From assembly GCA_030704615.1 (NCBI GenBank), contig CM060731.1, positions 56,916,001 to 56,980,000 on the forward strand: a stretch of DNA of 64,000 nt, read 5' to 3'. Source of the stretch: Takakia lepidozioides (lineage: Eukaryota; Plantae; Bryophyta). Position 1 is the first letter of the stretch. The number at the start of each line of letters is the position of its first letter. Below, in pieces: positions 23,055-36,314 of this stretch. The notes under the pieces are model-generated. The model was not told where the DNA came from, ran no database searches, and saw nothing but the letters and a program-made list of their open reading frames with translations. The translations under genes and the position numbers were made by a program.

Positions 23055-24200
23055 GAAGCATTGCGTAAATGAGCTTCATGATGACCATCTGTTTTTTTTT
23101 CCACTTCTTCTTGAATAACAGGCACCTGAACAAGTTTCACAATGACAGCTCATTTGTTTTCCACGTCCTCTATACAAACAAACCCTAAATAAGCATTTAT
23201 GATGACCATATGATTTTTTTTTCACCTCTTCTTCAATGACAGAAACCTGAAAGAAGTTTGACAATGATAGAGCTCAAGTTAACAGAAACCTTAAGAAGTT
23301 TGACAATGGTAGAGCTCAAGTTTTGTTTTCACCTCTTCTTCACAAACAATCCCTAATTTATTCCCTAAATAAGCATTCATGATGACCATCTGGTTTTTTT
23401 TTCACCTCTTCTTCAATAACAAAAACCTGAAGAAGTTTGACAATGATAGAGCTCAACTTTTTTATCACCTCTTCTTCACAAACAAACCCTAAATAAGCAT
23501 TCATGATGACCATCTAATATTTTTTTCACCTCTTCTTCAATAACAGAAACCTTAACAAGTTTGAGAATGATCAATTTTTTCACCTCTTCTTCACAAACAA
23601 ACCCTATACAAGCATTCATGATGACCATCTGATTTTTTTTTCACCTCTTCTTAAATAACAGAATCCTAAACAAGTTTCACAAGGATAGCTCAATGTTTTT
23701 TCTTACCTCTTCTTCACAAAGACACCCTAAATAAGCAATCACAATGACCATGTGTTTTTTTTTCACCTCATCTTCAATAACACAAACCTGAACAAGTTCC
23801 ACAATAAACTGCTCATTTTGTTACACATCTTCTTCACAAACAAAGCCTAAATAATCTTGAAGATGGTCATTTGTTAAATTTTCACCTCATCTACATTAAT
23901 AAAAACCATTGCCTGTTTCACAATGAGTGGTCATATTTTGGGGCCTGTTCTTGCCCGTCCTAATTATTTTAATCCTCTCCTTCAATATTTCATCCATCCA
24001 TCATCCATCCACCATGGATGAAATACTGGAAACGTCAGATAGCTTGACAATGAGCATCCAAACTTTTCTTGCCTCTTGTTCATGCAAGAATCCCTAAGTA
24101 AGATTCATGATGACTCACCCAACCTTTTTTTTCACCTCTTCTTCAATAAGAAAAGGTCCTCAGTAAGTTTCACAATGACCATTCCATTTTTTCTATACCT
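23055..24200. repeat. Degenerate ~120-bp tandem repeats (about 8-9 units)
   Basis: Recurring CACAAACAAACCCTAAATAAGCATTCATGATGACCATC..TTTTTTCACCTCTTCTTCAATAACAGAAACCT. Confidence 0.9.
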
Positions 24201-24367
24201 CTTTTTTTAAGCACTATAACTGCTTCCACGACAATAGGACCTTCTCTAAACAGAGGACTCGGGTATGGGGCCTGCTTCTTCCTCCACTAAACCCTTGGGC
24301 TCACGCTTAGAGGGCAAAACGTGAGTCGAGCTCCTGGGCTCACGCGGCTAGGCCGTAGTTGCATTCT

Positions 24368-24628
24368 CCCACCAGCTCCGCTCGTCATTGTACATTGAGA
24401 AAAGCCACACCTTGCGATCGCGGTTGTCCCACCATCGTGCACGCCTTCATGCCCCGATTCTAGGTCTTGAGTCCCTGTCTGCCCCCTATCCCACCAGCTC
24501 CGCTCGTCATTGTACATTGAGAAAAAGCCACACCTTTCTATCGCGGTTGTCCCACCAATCGTGCACACCTCCATGCCCCGATTCTAGGTCTTGAGTCCCT
24601 GTCTGCCCCTATCCCACCAGCTCCGCCC
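24368..24628. repeat. ~123-bp near-perfect tandem duplication
   Basis: CCCACCAGCTCCGCTCGTCATTGTACATTGAG...CCTGTCTGCCCC occurs twice, plus the start of a third unit. Confidence 0.9.
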
Positions 24629-24834
24629 ATCGTCTCTCATGATCAGACTCGACACTATAAGAAAACAAACACAGCTTTGTCATGTTTGTCTCTCACGATC
24701 AAACTCGACACAAAGAAAACAAACAGATGCCACAGTGGCAGGGAAGACAAAAAAAACGCTGAGTCCCCTCTACTCATGACTGGATGGATGAATGTAGCGA
24801 TAGATGGATGGATATTGGGTTTTCCATCAACACA

Positions 24835-25382
24835 CAAACCACTAAAGTTTTTCATGTATCACCGTAGAAGTAATACCAATCACTGGTGTGTATGTAATCA
24901 CTCACGCGTAACCACTGGCCGAGTGGTTCCAGTTACTAAATGGTTTGTAACCACTCACACTACACCACTCTCAAAGTGGTACCAATCAATGGGGGTCTTT
25001 AACACTCCATATCTACGTATACTATCCCCGTCCACGTGGAATAATATAATTCATAATTAAAATATATTTCGAAATGATAAATCTTAAATAAAAATTAAAT
25101 TATAACACGTGGAGTAGCAAGTGGTTTCAATCACCTCCCAGCACTCAGGTGTCTTCAACCACTCACAACCCACCACAGAAGTGGTACCAATCACTCACGT
25201 GTATGTTACCACTCACAAGTGCCCACTTAAAGAGTGGTTCCAGTTACAAAAGGGTCTTAACCACTCACATTCCACCACTGTGCAAGTGGTACCAATCACT
25301 GGGGGGTCTTTAACCACTCCAGATCTACGTATACTATCCTCGTCCACGTGGAATAATATATTTTGAAATGATAAAAATCTTT

Positions 25383-25431
<49 letters not shown>

Positions 25432-25763
25432 CACGTGGAGTAGACAGTGGTTTCAACCACTTCCCATCACCGAGGTGTCTTTAACCACTCATAATTTATC
25501 ACTGTACCCGTCCATGTCGGATATTATCATTATTAATATAAATATTTGACCAAATGTTGAATAATAAAATATAAAATTAAATATTACTCGTGGATTACTC
25601 AGTGGTTGAAACCACTTCCAACCACTCCATATGATGCCACCGTGGCATTTCATCAGAATTAACCACTGGCCAGTGGTTACCATTACTTGGAGTGATTCAT
25701 AGAGTGGTAAAAGACAAGAGTGGTTAAGGGGGCCAGTGCTTATTCCCCGTTTTCCTTCTAGTG
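24835..25763 (-). mobile_element. CACTA (En/Spm)-type terminus A with subterminal repeats
   Basis: Ends TATTCCCCGTTTTCCTTCTAGTG (reverse complement CACTAGAAGGAAAACGGGGAATA). Dense ACCACT/AGTGGT motifs precede it. Confidence 0.85.
25386..25429. repeat. (TA)n microsatellite
   Basis: About 22 AT dinucleotides. Confidence 0.95.
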
Positions 25764-28580
25764 GGCCCATAGGTGTACCCTAGCAACGTTGTTGTCTAGC
25801 CAGGTTGCAGCCATGAGAGGCCCAAGGCCTCGCCCCAAGAGGGCACATGCCCCAGAAGGGATTTGGATGTGTCTCCAGCGAGAATGACACAAGTTTTGTT
25901 CCAGTTGACCTTGAAACCAGAGGCTTCACAGAAGGCCTCTAAAGTGGCTGAAGTTCTGTCCAGGTTGGTTTGGCTTGCTTGAAGCATAAGGAAAGTGTTG
26001 TCTACATACATGGATTTCCTTATATAGGCAGGCTGGTTTGTTACGTAGTTAGTGATTCTAAGACCCAGAATCTGCATGTCTGCTTGTAGCATGTATCCAA
26101 GCGTATTGGCAGCAATAATGAAGAGGAAAGGAGCCAGGGGGCAGCCTTGACGCACAGATCGATACAGGTTGAATGGCTTTGACACTAAACCGTTGATAAT
26201 TACCTGCAAGTTGACCCATTCAGCAAAATGCGAACCCATTGACAAAAGAAGGGAGACAAACCAATCTTGGCCAGGGTGCCCATCAGGAAAGGCCATTCTA
26301 CCCTGTCAGACGCTTTCTCGAAGTCTAGAAGGATTAGGGCAATAGCCCGTTGGGTTTGAAGGGCATACTGGGGAAGCTCTTGTGCAAGAAGAATGTTATC
26401 CATGATGTATCTCCCCTTAATAAACCCTGATTGGCTAGATCTAATGATTGAAGGAAGAAGAGGCTGAAGACGTAGAGCCAGGCTTTTGGCCATAATCTTA
26501 TATGCAACATTGAGGAGAGTTATGGGCCTATAGTTGCTTAAGTCCGTCATATCTCTCTTTTTGAAAATCAGGGAGATGACTCCTATGACATGTTTCCCGG
26601 CATATGGTTCGCTTGGAAAATGTGGTTGGCCTTGGCCCAAAAATTGAACGAGATGTCAGTCCACAGGGACTCCATCCATCCCTAGACATTTCCCATCTTT
26701 CAGCTTGGATAGGGCCAGTTCAAGCTCCTCTTCCGAGAGAGGCCCTTCCAGTGCCTCGGCCACAGCCGGCTATGAGAACTGGGGAGTGAGCCAGGCAAGC
26801 ATTGAGTGTGGCTGTTGTTGCAGGTCTGTCACTTTGAAAGAGGGTCTGAAAGTGGTTGGCAGTGAATGTAGCCATGGGTTTGGGGTCTGTGAATGACTCC
26901 CCCAAGGCCCGGTTAGCTAGTTCAGATATTGTCTGCCCTGCCTTTCTCAGCCTAGTTTTGCAAAGAATACTTGGACATTTTTTCGCCCTTGGATGACCAA
27001 TTTATACCTGCTGACAGCTTAAACTTCTGCTTCTGCAGGTCTTGGAAGAATTGCAGATTTTGTTTTGCTTCCAGGTAGGTATCGAAAGTTTCACAGCGAG
27101 GAGATTCCATTCTTCTCTGACAGACTGAGAGACACTTGATGAGTGCCCTTACCCTCTTTTTTCTAGTGGCTGCAATATCTCTACTCATCTGCTGACTAGC
27201 TACCCCCACTGCTTTGAGCTTGGCCATGAGGATGTCTGATGGGTTTTGGGAGACAGTCCCAGCGTGAGACTAAGCTGTCCGCATGCCTTGTGTGAACTCT
27301 AGGATCTGTAGTAGAGAGGCATTCATTTTGTAAAGACCCTTGCCCCTTCGGCGAGTGTTTGGAATAGCCAAGGAAGCCTCGATGACGGCGTGATCAAAGC
27401 CATGGTGGATGGGCTGTTGGGGCAGCATCCGGGACCATTGGATACAATCCATGGAGGCATAAAATCTGTCCAACCTAGCCATCTAGAGATCCACAAGAAC
27501 TCTGTTGTTTGACCAAGTGAAGACTGGGCCAGAGGGGGGCATAGGCCCTTGGTTTGCCACTTCTATTTCCACCAGATTGTGATTGAGGGTGAGGGAGTGC
27601 CAGTGTTGTGTCTCTGCCACGTCTGGGTTAAACTGGCCAAGACCGCGCTTGTTAGTAGAAGACTCAACCATATTGAAGTCCCCTGCCAACACCCAGAAAT
27701 CTATCTCCTATTCCAAATCCATATTGGTAATTGTGGATTCCTAGAGCTGTGCCCTCTCTGCTGCCGAGTTTGGAGCATAAATATTAATTAACCCTAGCCG
27801 ACCTCCTTTGGCTGTCCAGAAGGTCTATGGTACAGAACTGAACTCTGCCTGGAACCCATGAGCCTTCCGAGAATATATATTGAAAGAGGGATGGGGAAAC
27901 TAAGATGGCGGTGCCTCCTCTGGAACCTTCGGAAGTTGGTTTCCAGAGGGAGTTGGCCCGTGGCCAAAGATTATCTGAGAGAGAAGCAATTTTCCCCAGA
28001 TCAAGTTTGTGTTCTTGTAGGAAGAGAATTGCTTCTTTTCGAAGGTAGGGGGATAGAAAATTCTTAACGGTAGCGTGCTTTGGGGAAGCACTATCCCCCC
28101 TCAGGCCCCTAATGTTCCAAGAGGCCATGTCAATCAACATGGGCCCGGTGGAAGGCAAGGCTGAGATGATCAATCTCATTTGATGGCCTCTGACTTAGAC
28201 AATTGAATTTAACCCGCTTATCGAAAGGGAGGAGGCTGTTTACCCAGATATAGGGGCTGGGAGGTGAGGGAGGTCTGCTCGAAATTTGAACCATGATGAG
28301 GTGGGAGATGTCCGACTGGGAATTTGAGAGGATCTGATTTGGGTGAGGGGGGGTGCCAAAAATAGTGGGATTTGGGGGAAGTTTTTTTAAAAAGGTTGAG
28401 TTACGTGTGCTAAGGATGAGAGGGTCATTGAGGTCAGAGAGGAGAGGGAGGTCTGAGGGGGATGTACCTGCAGGCAGGCTTATAGCCGGGAGGGTTTTCC
28501 TGGCGGATTGCCTAGCAGCGGCAGACAGGCAAATACATAGAACCCAACATCTCTTCCTATCCTTGGAGCTGCTTCTTGGC
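25764..28580 (-). mobile_element. L1/Tx1-like LINE, 5' part of ORF2 (APE endonuclease and RT), degraded
   Basis: ASWNIRGL, FLQEHKL, GDFNMV, FTWSN, RLDRFY, NYRPITLLNVAYKI, QSGFIKGR, LDFEKA.DRV, VRQGCPLAP and YVDN (degenerate YADD), spread over frameshifted ORFs. Confidence 0.92.
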
Positions 28581-28584
28581 AAAG

Positions 28585-28975
28585 GTTAAGGAACAACTTT
28601 TCTCTATCCGAAACCAACAGGGCAAGGCCAGCCATGTCTACGCCGTGTTTCACATGGACCAACAACAGATCGGGTGCTGATATCAACATGGCCAAACTCG
28701 ATAGGTTGTACATGTCCCCTGGGATCTCTCCATGGGCTTCAATGCAGCCGCAAGAGTTCATATACAAAGAGTTTGACCATGCAAGCATTTCCTGCCAAAT
28801 CAATATTCCAAACCTGCCAAAAGGGGCAAAGGCTGGTTCAAGTTAAACACTTCTCTTCTTCCCTTTCCACCATTCAGGATTGCTTTGGAAACAACCTGGA
28901 AATCTGCTGGGAGTGATATTTCATGCCCAATTGCTAGGTTTCAACAAAGCTCTCTCAAACTGGCTAGATTGTGTT
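28585..28975 (+). mobile_element. Endonuclease fragment of a second LINE copy
   Basis: FTWTNNRSGADINMAKLDRLYMS...FDHASI, then FKLNTSLL; distinct in sequence from the adjacent minus-strand copy. Confidence 0.75.
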
Positions 28976-29919
28976 CCAGCACTTACTCTCTGGGATTCTA
29001 TTTTATTTTGTGGAGCTTGAATCCCCAATGGTAGTTCTTTCACTACACTAGTGGTATGTGTTCATCTGGTCATGTTCATAATCACTTGCACGCCACTGTA
29101 ATAGTGGTATAATTTAAAACTGTAAGAGTAGCCAAATACACACAATTGCCTCCAATACTACTCCTATAGTGGTATAAGTAATCACCTATATATTATTGTA
29201 TTAGTAGTAAGAATTCCTCCAGTGATATTCCTAATCACTTACACACCACTCTGTGAGTAATCATTCCAATCCATAGTTCTCACTCAAAGAGACACCATGG
29301 ATGATTCAAGCAGCTTACATACCACTATGTGGGTAATCATTCTAATGACATGCTGAGAGATGTCATCCACTCACATATCCACGGTTTGAGTGATATTGTA
29401 TATTCTCAGTTTTCATAGAATGACTCTGTGAGTCATTTCGCGATCACTCAACAAGTGGTTTCGGAAATCATTGAATTTTTCACTCCATCATTTTGTAGCA
29501 CCGACACATGACACGCGTCCATGCTGCCACGTGTCAACATAATCTCCAATATCATCCATGGACCACCGACTTCCACGTGTCCACTGGAAAACGGAAGTGG
29601 TTACTTTACCACTATGACACGTCAGTTTACCACTGTGACATGTCAGAAGTGGTTGGTTTACCTCAGTGACACGTCACAATGGTGAGTTTACACGTCACAG
29701 TGGTTAATTTACCACTGTGACATGTCAGCGAACAGGTGGACCCGGATGTGAGTGGTTCAAACCATTGTCCTTAACCACTGATGCCACGTAATGTCTTTTA
29801 CCACTCACTTGTCCTAATCCACTGGTTCTTCATCACTTTGGGGCCAGAGTGGTTTAGTGTCTTTTACCACTCAAAATGAGTGGTTAACAGAGTGGTTATT
29901 CCACGTTTTCCTTCTAGTG
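28976..29919 (+). mobile_element. CACTA-type terminus B with subterminal repeats
   Basis: Ends TATTCCACGTTTTCCTTCTAGTG (22/23 identical to terminus A). ACCACT/AGTGGT and TGACACGTCA motifs precede it. Confidence 0.85.
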
Positions 29920-31846
29920 CGGGCTTGATATCACTGATGAGCAACGATTTGCACCCATTTTATCCAAGATCAAAAGAAACCTCACTTTTGGGGCTCTACG
30001 TTCCTCTCAATCACAGGTCGGGCACTTGTAGCCAACCAGATTGTCTCAGCTGGCCTGTGGTTCTACGCAGCATCCTGGCATCCTTCCAAAAGGCAAGTCT
30101 GTGAGTACAAAGCCTTATTGCGAAATTTTGTATGGGGAGCTAACAAAGCAGGCCAAAAGGTCAGGCCACAGGTCTCCTGGAGACAGATCTGCCAGCCAAA
30201 AAAACTGGGAGGACTAGGGGTTCTGGACCCAGAGACCCAGATCACAACCCTCCTCGGAAAGTGGCTGTCAATATTCTTAGGCCCAGAAGGAGGCTGGTAG
30301 AAGTTTTTGGTGGTAGGAAATCTGATGATGGCAAGCCCCGCACCCCTCCATTCGTTGGTTCATACAGGGATTCAAGCACAAAATGGTGGGATCGTCCCTA
30401 TGGAACGTCATCTGGAAAGCTTGGGCTGCACTCAGACCATTTCTCCGCAAAAAAGAGCCAGAATCTTACGAGGAAACCCTCCGCCAACACCTATTCTTGA
30501 ACACCAACGTGTCCACACCAATAGAGAAATCGATGGCAAAAAAATGGTATGCCTGGGACAACACGGGCATCAGTCAACTAAAACACTTGTGGTCGTCTGC
30601 AGGCTTCCTGCATATTGACACAATTAGCCCTATACTGGGGTCAACAGAGCCAAGGCGGGGCTTTAGACGGTCATAAATTCTATACCTCACACCTGGACCG
30701 CGACTCTGCAGGTGGGACCTATGACCCCCTCCACGAACTTTTGGACATTGGGAGTCATAAACAACAGACTCACCATCCTATTGGTGCTTTATGTCACAGA
30801 CACCCACTTCTCAGGCTTCGCTTTTCATATCAACCCCGAAACTCTAGCTCTGATCTTGGTTTTTCTCAATCCCAAACCCTCTTCCCTCGTTTCAATCATA
30901 CCCCGGTGAGAATATGAAATTGGTCATCTAAGTTCAAAGAGTTTGATCCCCAACCACCTCTTACCGTACCTATCATGTCCTGGGTTGCTGCATCCACATT
31001 TGTGTGGATCCTAGGAAGACCTCTGGCCGACCTCCAGTTGGACCCCAAAGAATGGGAATGGGCATTTGGTCGCACTGCATCCCCCCTTCTTACCTACACC
31101 CCCAAGAAGGCATATAGGGCTCTTAACATCCAGCCATCCTTCTCCACTAAGGCCCTCTCCACTAGACCTGTTACTTAATTACAACAAAATAGCCAGGGCC
31201 CGATCCTTTCCATGTCCGGTCTTTGAGACACTTCGCGCATCTACGCTGTGGCACTTATGGCATGCTAGATGTAAAAAGACCTTTAGCAAGGAGACAATCA
31301 GTACCTCCGCTTTGTTGACAATGGTGTACAAAGACCTTTTAACGGAGTCGAAAAAAGCTTGGGAAAAATGTGTTGCAGATTGTCACAGGACCCCCAGGCA
31401 GGCGCCAACAATCCATGCCACATTCAGAGCGACGTGGGCTTGCCATGGCATCATTTGTCAAAGCGACGAGCAGGAACATTGTGTTTGGAACGCTCTCCCC
31501 CCTCAGTGCTGGAGAGACCTCAGAGCTCCACTCCACGGCCTCGCCAGAATTTGAGAGAGACGGGAACTGGAAACATGTCAAGCACCCCGCCACTACTTCC
31601 AGGCTAAATTTCCGTTAAAGCGTAGCTGTAGATTAGCTCCTCGGTAATCTCAGCTGCAGGCTTAGACATTTTTTGGAAGTCTCTCGGACAGGGCTAGGTT
31701 GTTTCGAGAGGTCTTTCTCGCGCTAAGCACATTGTTGCACTTTAGCGGCAGGTATTTGATGTGTGTAGCCCTCATGGTGCAAAAATGGGGCTTTATTTTT
31801 TTCCCCACAATCTTGGAATAAATGGAGTATTTAAGAGAAAAAAAAA
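29920..31846 (+). mobile_element. L1/Tx1-like LINE, 3' part with poly(A) tail
   Basis: LDITDEQRFAPILSKI..., RNFVWG...VSWRQICQPKKLGGLGVLD and LWHLWHARCKKTF. AATAAA at ~31818 is followed by A9 at 31838-31846. Confidence 0.88.
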
Positions 31847-32239
31847 GATTGAAAATATTCCATCTTCCATTTCAAAATTTTAGGTAGTAACTATTGAGGG
31901 CCCAGCCCCAAAAGGGGGCTGTAGCTACAAGGCGAAGTGGCTCTTAGTTACGCTGGCTTCGGCCGGAGTCTTTTCTCTCTCTAGTAACTATTAATTCAAA
32001 TAAATTATAAATGACACTAGTAAGTTTAGCATACAATATCTTACATCATATAGATGTAATATATATAAATTATAAATTTATGTTTTATCTATGTAGATGG
32101 CAGGGCCTAAATGTATTTCACGCCTTGTTATGCGTCCTTGCAACTCTGCTCCGGCTTGCAGAGATCCGGCATCTAGAATGTGCTCAAGGCATATGGAAAA
32201 TAGGGTGGAGCATGATGCATTATTAACCACCGTCTCCTT

Positions 32240-33636
32240 GCAAATCTTTCTAAGCTCACAAGCAATAGCGCTGTCCTTGTCTTCAATAGATGTGGAGGCT
32301 TCCAGGGAGCAGACTTTGAATAAGACTGTTCTCAAAACATGCACTTGAGAGAAAGAGTAATTTAGAAAGATATGCATTAGTGTAGCCTGTGGGGCTAGAC
32401 CATTTTGGGACAGACCAGAAAAGGCAGTCAGGGGTACGGGTGTCGATAGCAGCAGCAGACATGATCGGGGGACATGACGTCCTACAGACTTTGCAGATGT
32501 TGCAGCGTGCGTTCGAAGCCGAGAATAACACTATTCTTGCCAATTCGCAGTGCAAGGTAACTACTGGATTTATTCTTGCATCTCCCTTTTTTTTTGTTGC
32601 TCCCTCATGTGCACTTCTTTGGCATTTTGACTGTGACTTCATTCAGTTGTGCTACCCCTATGTTGCTGAGTGTGCTCTGTTCAATAGTACTCATGTGGTT
32701 TCTTGTGGGTTTTGAGGTAACACTTGGCACCGGGTGTGATTATCCTCTTTGATTGTTTAGTCTATCAGCCACACTTGCTCTCACATAGTATAGTGTGACG
32801 ATGCATATGAGAAAACATTTACATGAGTTCAAGGGACACATGAACTCACGATATTGGCGCAATGGGGCTGTGGTCGAAATTTTGACAACTGGTCTTTGGG
32901 TCTCGAAGGGATTTTGGTACTGGGAGCAGATGGACGCGTACATACCTTCCTAGAACATCGCTGTACTTAACGATTGTGGGAAACCAGCTTGAGTCCATAA
33001 GGTTTAGAAACAATGATGCCACTAATATCTTTTGAACAACTGACTACTGAGAGTGGGGAAGTTGATTCCAGAGCATAAAGCTCAAAGCTTGCACACAAGG
33101 AGAGGTTATCTTTTTGGAGGCATTGTGACTTTTATTTGCTCTCATCCAGTCTGGTGTAAAAAGATGGGACATTCATCAATGACGATGCCCAATTATGAAG
33201 TATACAATCTATATTCACAAGGATCGCCCCAAGTCTATATTTGATCCTTGATCAGGTCAAAGATTTAATAAGATCAGAAGTGAACTATCCCTTACCCAAA
33301 GTGTTCTGTTACCCAAGTGTGGGCTAATAACTCCAAGAATCTTTGGGGGAGCCAAAACAAATGACTTGGTGACGTCAGGAGCAAGCATTATGTCGCTTTA
33401 CCCCCAAGGCTATCGCCTCATGTTTGGAGTTTGGCCAGTGGACATCTTGTAACGACCAAGCATCCAACCTCCCCGGGCAAGTTTAAAGATTTGGGGCTTG
33501 TGCCCTAACCACTGGCCATCTGCTGGATGCTAAGAATTTCTAAGACCAAATTATGTGTGAAGTAATTGATGGGGTGCATACAAGAGCAAAGCAGAAATTC
33601 CCCATGTAGACTCTATTGAGAATGATGATGTTTTTT
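32240..33636. repeat. Displaced 3' flank of P450 copy 2
   Basis: Paralogous to ~2720-4100 and, inverted, to ~60095-60635. It resumes at 47308 after the insertion. Confidence 0.85.
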
Positions 33637-33879
33637 AGGATGCCAGCTAGTGCCAAGTTTTTGTTTCTCGGCAAGACAGAAGGCCACGTCGACAAGTTCT
33701 AGCTAAACCCTAATATATTTAGCCAAAAAATCACATTATTTTTAGCCAAATAACTATATTGTTAATAGTTGAATTATTGAAGGGGAAGAAGAGTTAAATC
33801 TCAAAGGGTGTCATACGGCCTCAACAGTCAACCATGACCAAGAAGAAAAACCCTAACATATATATTTTAAATTTATTCT

Positions 33880-34620
33880 AATGATCCCTTAGAGCCAATG
33901 TAAGGATATCTTAAATTGGAAAATTCATAGAGTGGGAAAACAAATCGTTCAACCATGACGAAGAAGATAAACCTTAACATACTTTTTACATTTATTCTAA
34001 CAATCCCTTAATATCCTTAGAGCCAATGTAAGGATTTGTTAGATTGGGAAAATAGAACAAGCTAAATTGCTATTTAAGTTCGTTCTAAGGATCCCTGAGA
34101 GCCGCTCTAAGCCACTCTAAGGATTTCATACAGCGGGAAAACATAAATAGCTAAATTGCTATTTATGTTCGCTCTAAGAATCCTTTAGAGCCGCTCTAGG
34201 GGTTTTTAAGAGTGGAAAAACAGAAAAAACTAATTTGCTATTTACATTCGATCTAAGTATTACTTAGAGTAAGAAAATTTAAAGAAAAAAAATTGCTATT
34301 TTCATTCGCTCTAAGGATCCCTTAGAGCCGCTCTAAGCCGCTCTAGGATTTTCTACAGCGGGGAAACAAAAAAAGCTAAATTGCTATTTGTATTTGCTTA
34401 GAGCCGCTCTAAGGATTTATTAGAGCGGAAAAACCAAAAAAATCGAAATGGCTATTCACATTTTATCCAGGCATTACTTAGAGCAAGAAAACAGAATAAA
34501 CTATATTGCTTTTTGCAATCGCTCCTTAGAGCCGCTTTGAGCCGCTCTAACGATTTTTTAGAGTGATTAAAAACAACACATTCACTCTAAGAGTTTCTTA
34601 GAATCACTCTAATGATTTTT
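33880..34620. repeat. Array of CCTTAGAGC-C-GCTCTAAGG palindromes
   Basis: For example CCTTAGAGCCGCTCTAAG at 34320 and TTAGAGCCGCTCTAAGG at 34398, within ~60-bp degenerate units. Confidence 0.85.
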
Positions 34621-35619
34621 TATTGCTGATTGAATTGGTATATCAGATTTACGATCAGTATTATACATGTCATATTTGATGTATACATATGGATATATAC
34701 ACATTATACAATATACGAATATGAACTCCTATATCAGATTGGACTGGTTTCAACCCTGGTTTTCAAAAAAGAAAAAAAATTGTATAGGGATTCATACCCT
34801 TATAGCTATCAATTATAGCATACAAAATTATGGCCCAAAGGCCTTAAAGATTAACCATAAAGGTTAATAAAATTGGAGATTTTGAAATATAATGTGATAA
34901 ATAATTTGATTGAATGGATTTTGAGTTTATTGAAATGATGAAGTCTGAGGTTGAAAACATGATATAATATAGTATTATACATTATAAATTATATATTAAT
35001 TCCAATTAAAATATTCATACATATTATATTATTATATAATAAATTTTAAAATTAATACAAGTTAATAAAAATTTAAATTAAATTCGTTAATATAAATAGT
35101 ATATTTGAAGTTTTTGAGATGTAATATGATAGGTAACTTGATTTATTAGATTTAAATTGGAATGATGAATCTGACATTGAAAGCTTGATATAAATTGATA
35201 ATATATCAATTTTTATAATACATAATATACATCACTCTGTTTAAATAAATAAATAATATTATTCCTTTAAATAAATATTTTTGTATGTTCATTAATATAA
35301 ATATTTTGAAATATAAAAATGTAATGATAAGATGATATGAATAAATAATTATGGAGTAAGTAAAAATAACACATAATTGTAACTGATAATGATTGATTTA
35401 TGATAATAGATGGAATGATAATTGACTGGTTGATGGATAGAATGATAGTTTGATTTATGTAGCGACGTCGTTAGATTATAGCTAGATTTTAAATATATTT
35501 ACTTATTATTTTTATTTAATATAATATAAATATTCATTTTTCATATATTTATTTATACTATATATATAATTCTGATTATAATTAAATATGTATATTATTG
35601 TATATACTATATTGATGTC

Positions 35620-35820
35620 ATGCTTAAACTAGAAGAAGCGCGAGCAAGAAGACTGGGTCTTCGGAAAATTCTATGTCCATGCAATGCCTGTCATGGTGGG
35701 AATTGGCAAACCATTGGCCGGGCTAAGCGTCATCTGCTTCTGAACTTGCGAGATCCTAACTTACGAGAACTCCCGGTGCATCTCTCTGGATTCTCTTCCC
35801 TTTGCAGATGCATACTTTGA
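35620..35820 (+). pseudogene. CACTA transposase-associated Zn-domain fragment
   Basis: ILCPCNAC...AKRHLL resembles the CPCxxC...HL N-terminal domain of En/Spm TnpD-type proteins. No downstream DDE core is visible. Confidence 0.5.
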
Positions 35821-36314
35821 AATTATAAGAAACAGTTCAAATTCCTAGTCAGGTGGAGCAAGTTTTTTTCTCGGATGAAAAATGTTCATGAGGGAACTGG
35901 AAGGTGGTCCTTCACAAGGACCCTCGATCCCGCAAGTGGTTCACGATATTACAGAAGTGGCACTGGGTGAGGGAGACACTTATGTAGGCATGGTGCTTCC
36001 TGAAATTCCTCATAACATCATGACTGAGCCTGCTGTTTGTGTTCCTTTGAGTGAGGCAGATGAATTGGCCATTGCCAACTTGAACGCACCTTCAAGGCAG
36101 AGGCGAAATGGTAGATGGCGGAGGCAAGCTCCACATGGGAGGTACCAGGCCAGTTGTGTTATGGCCTAGAGTTGGTTTCTGCTATTGCATGTATTTTTCC
36201 AGGGTTTAGACTTGATAAAGCATGGTACCTTGCATGGGTGGGAGTGACTGAGCTATTGGGGTGGGCAGAATTCTGACAAACACACTTTCATTTGTGACAG
36301 TGAACCCTAAACAG

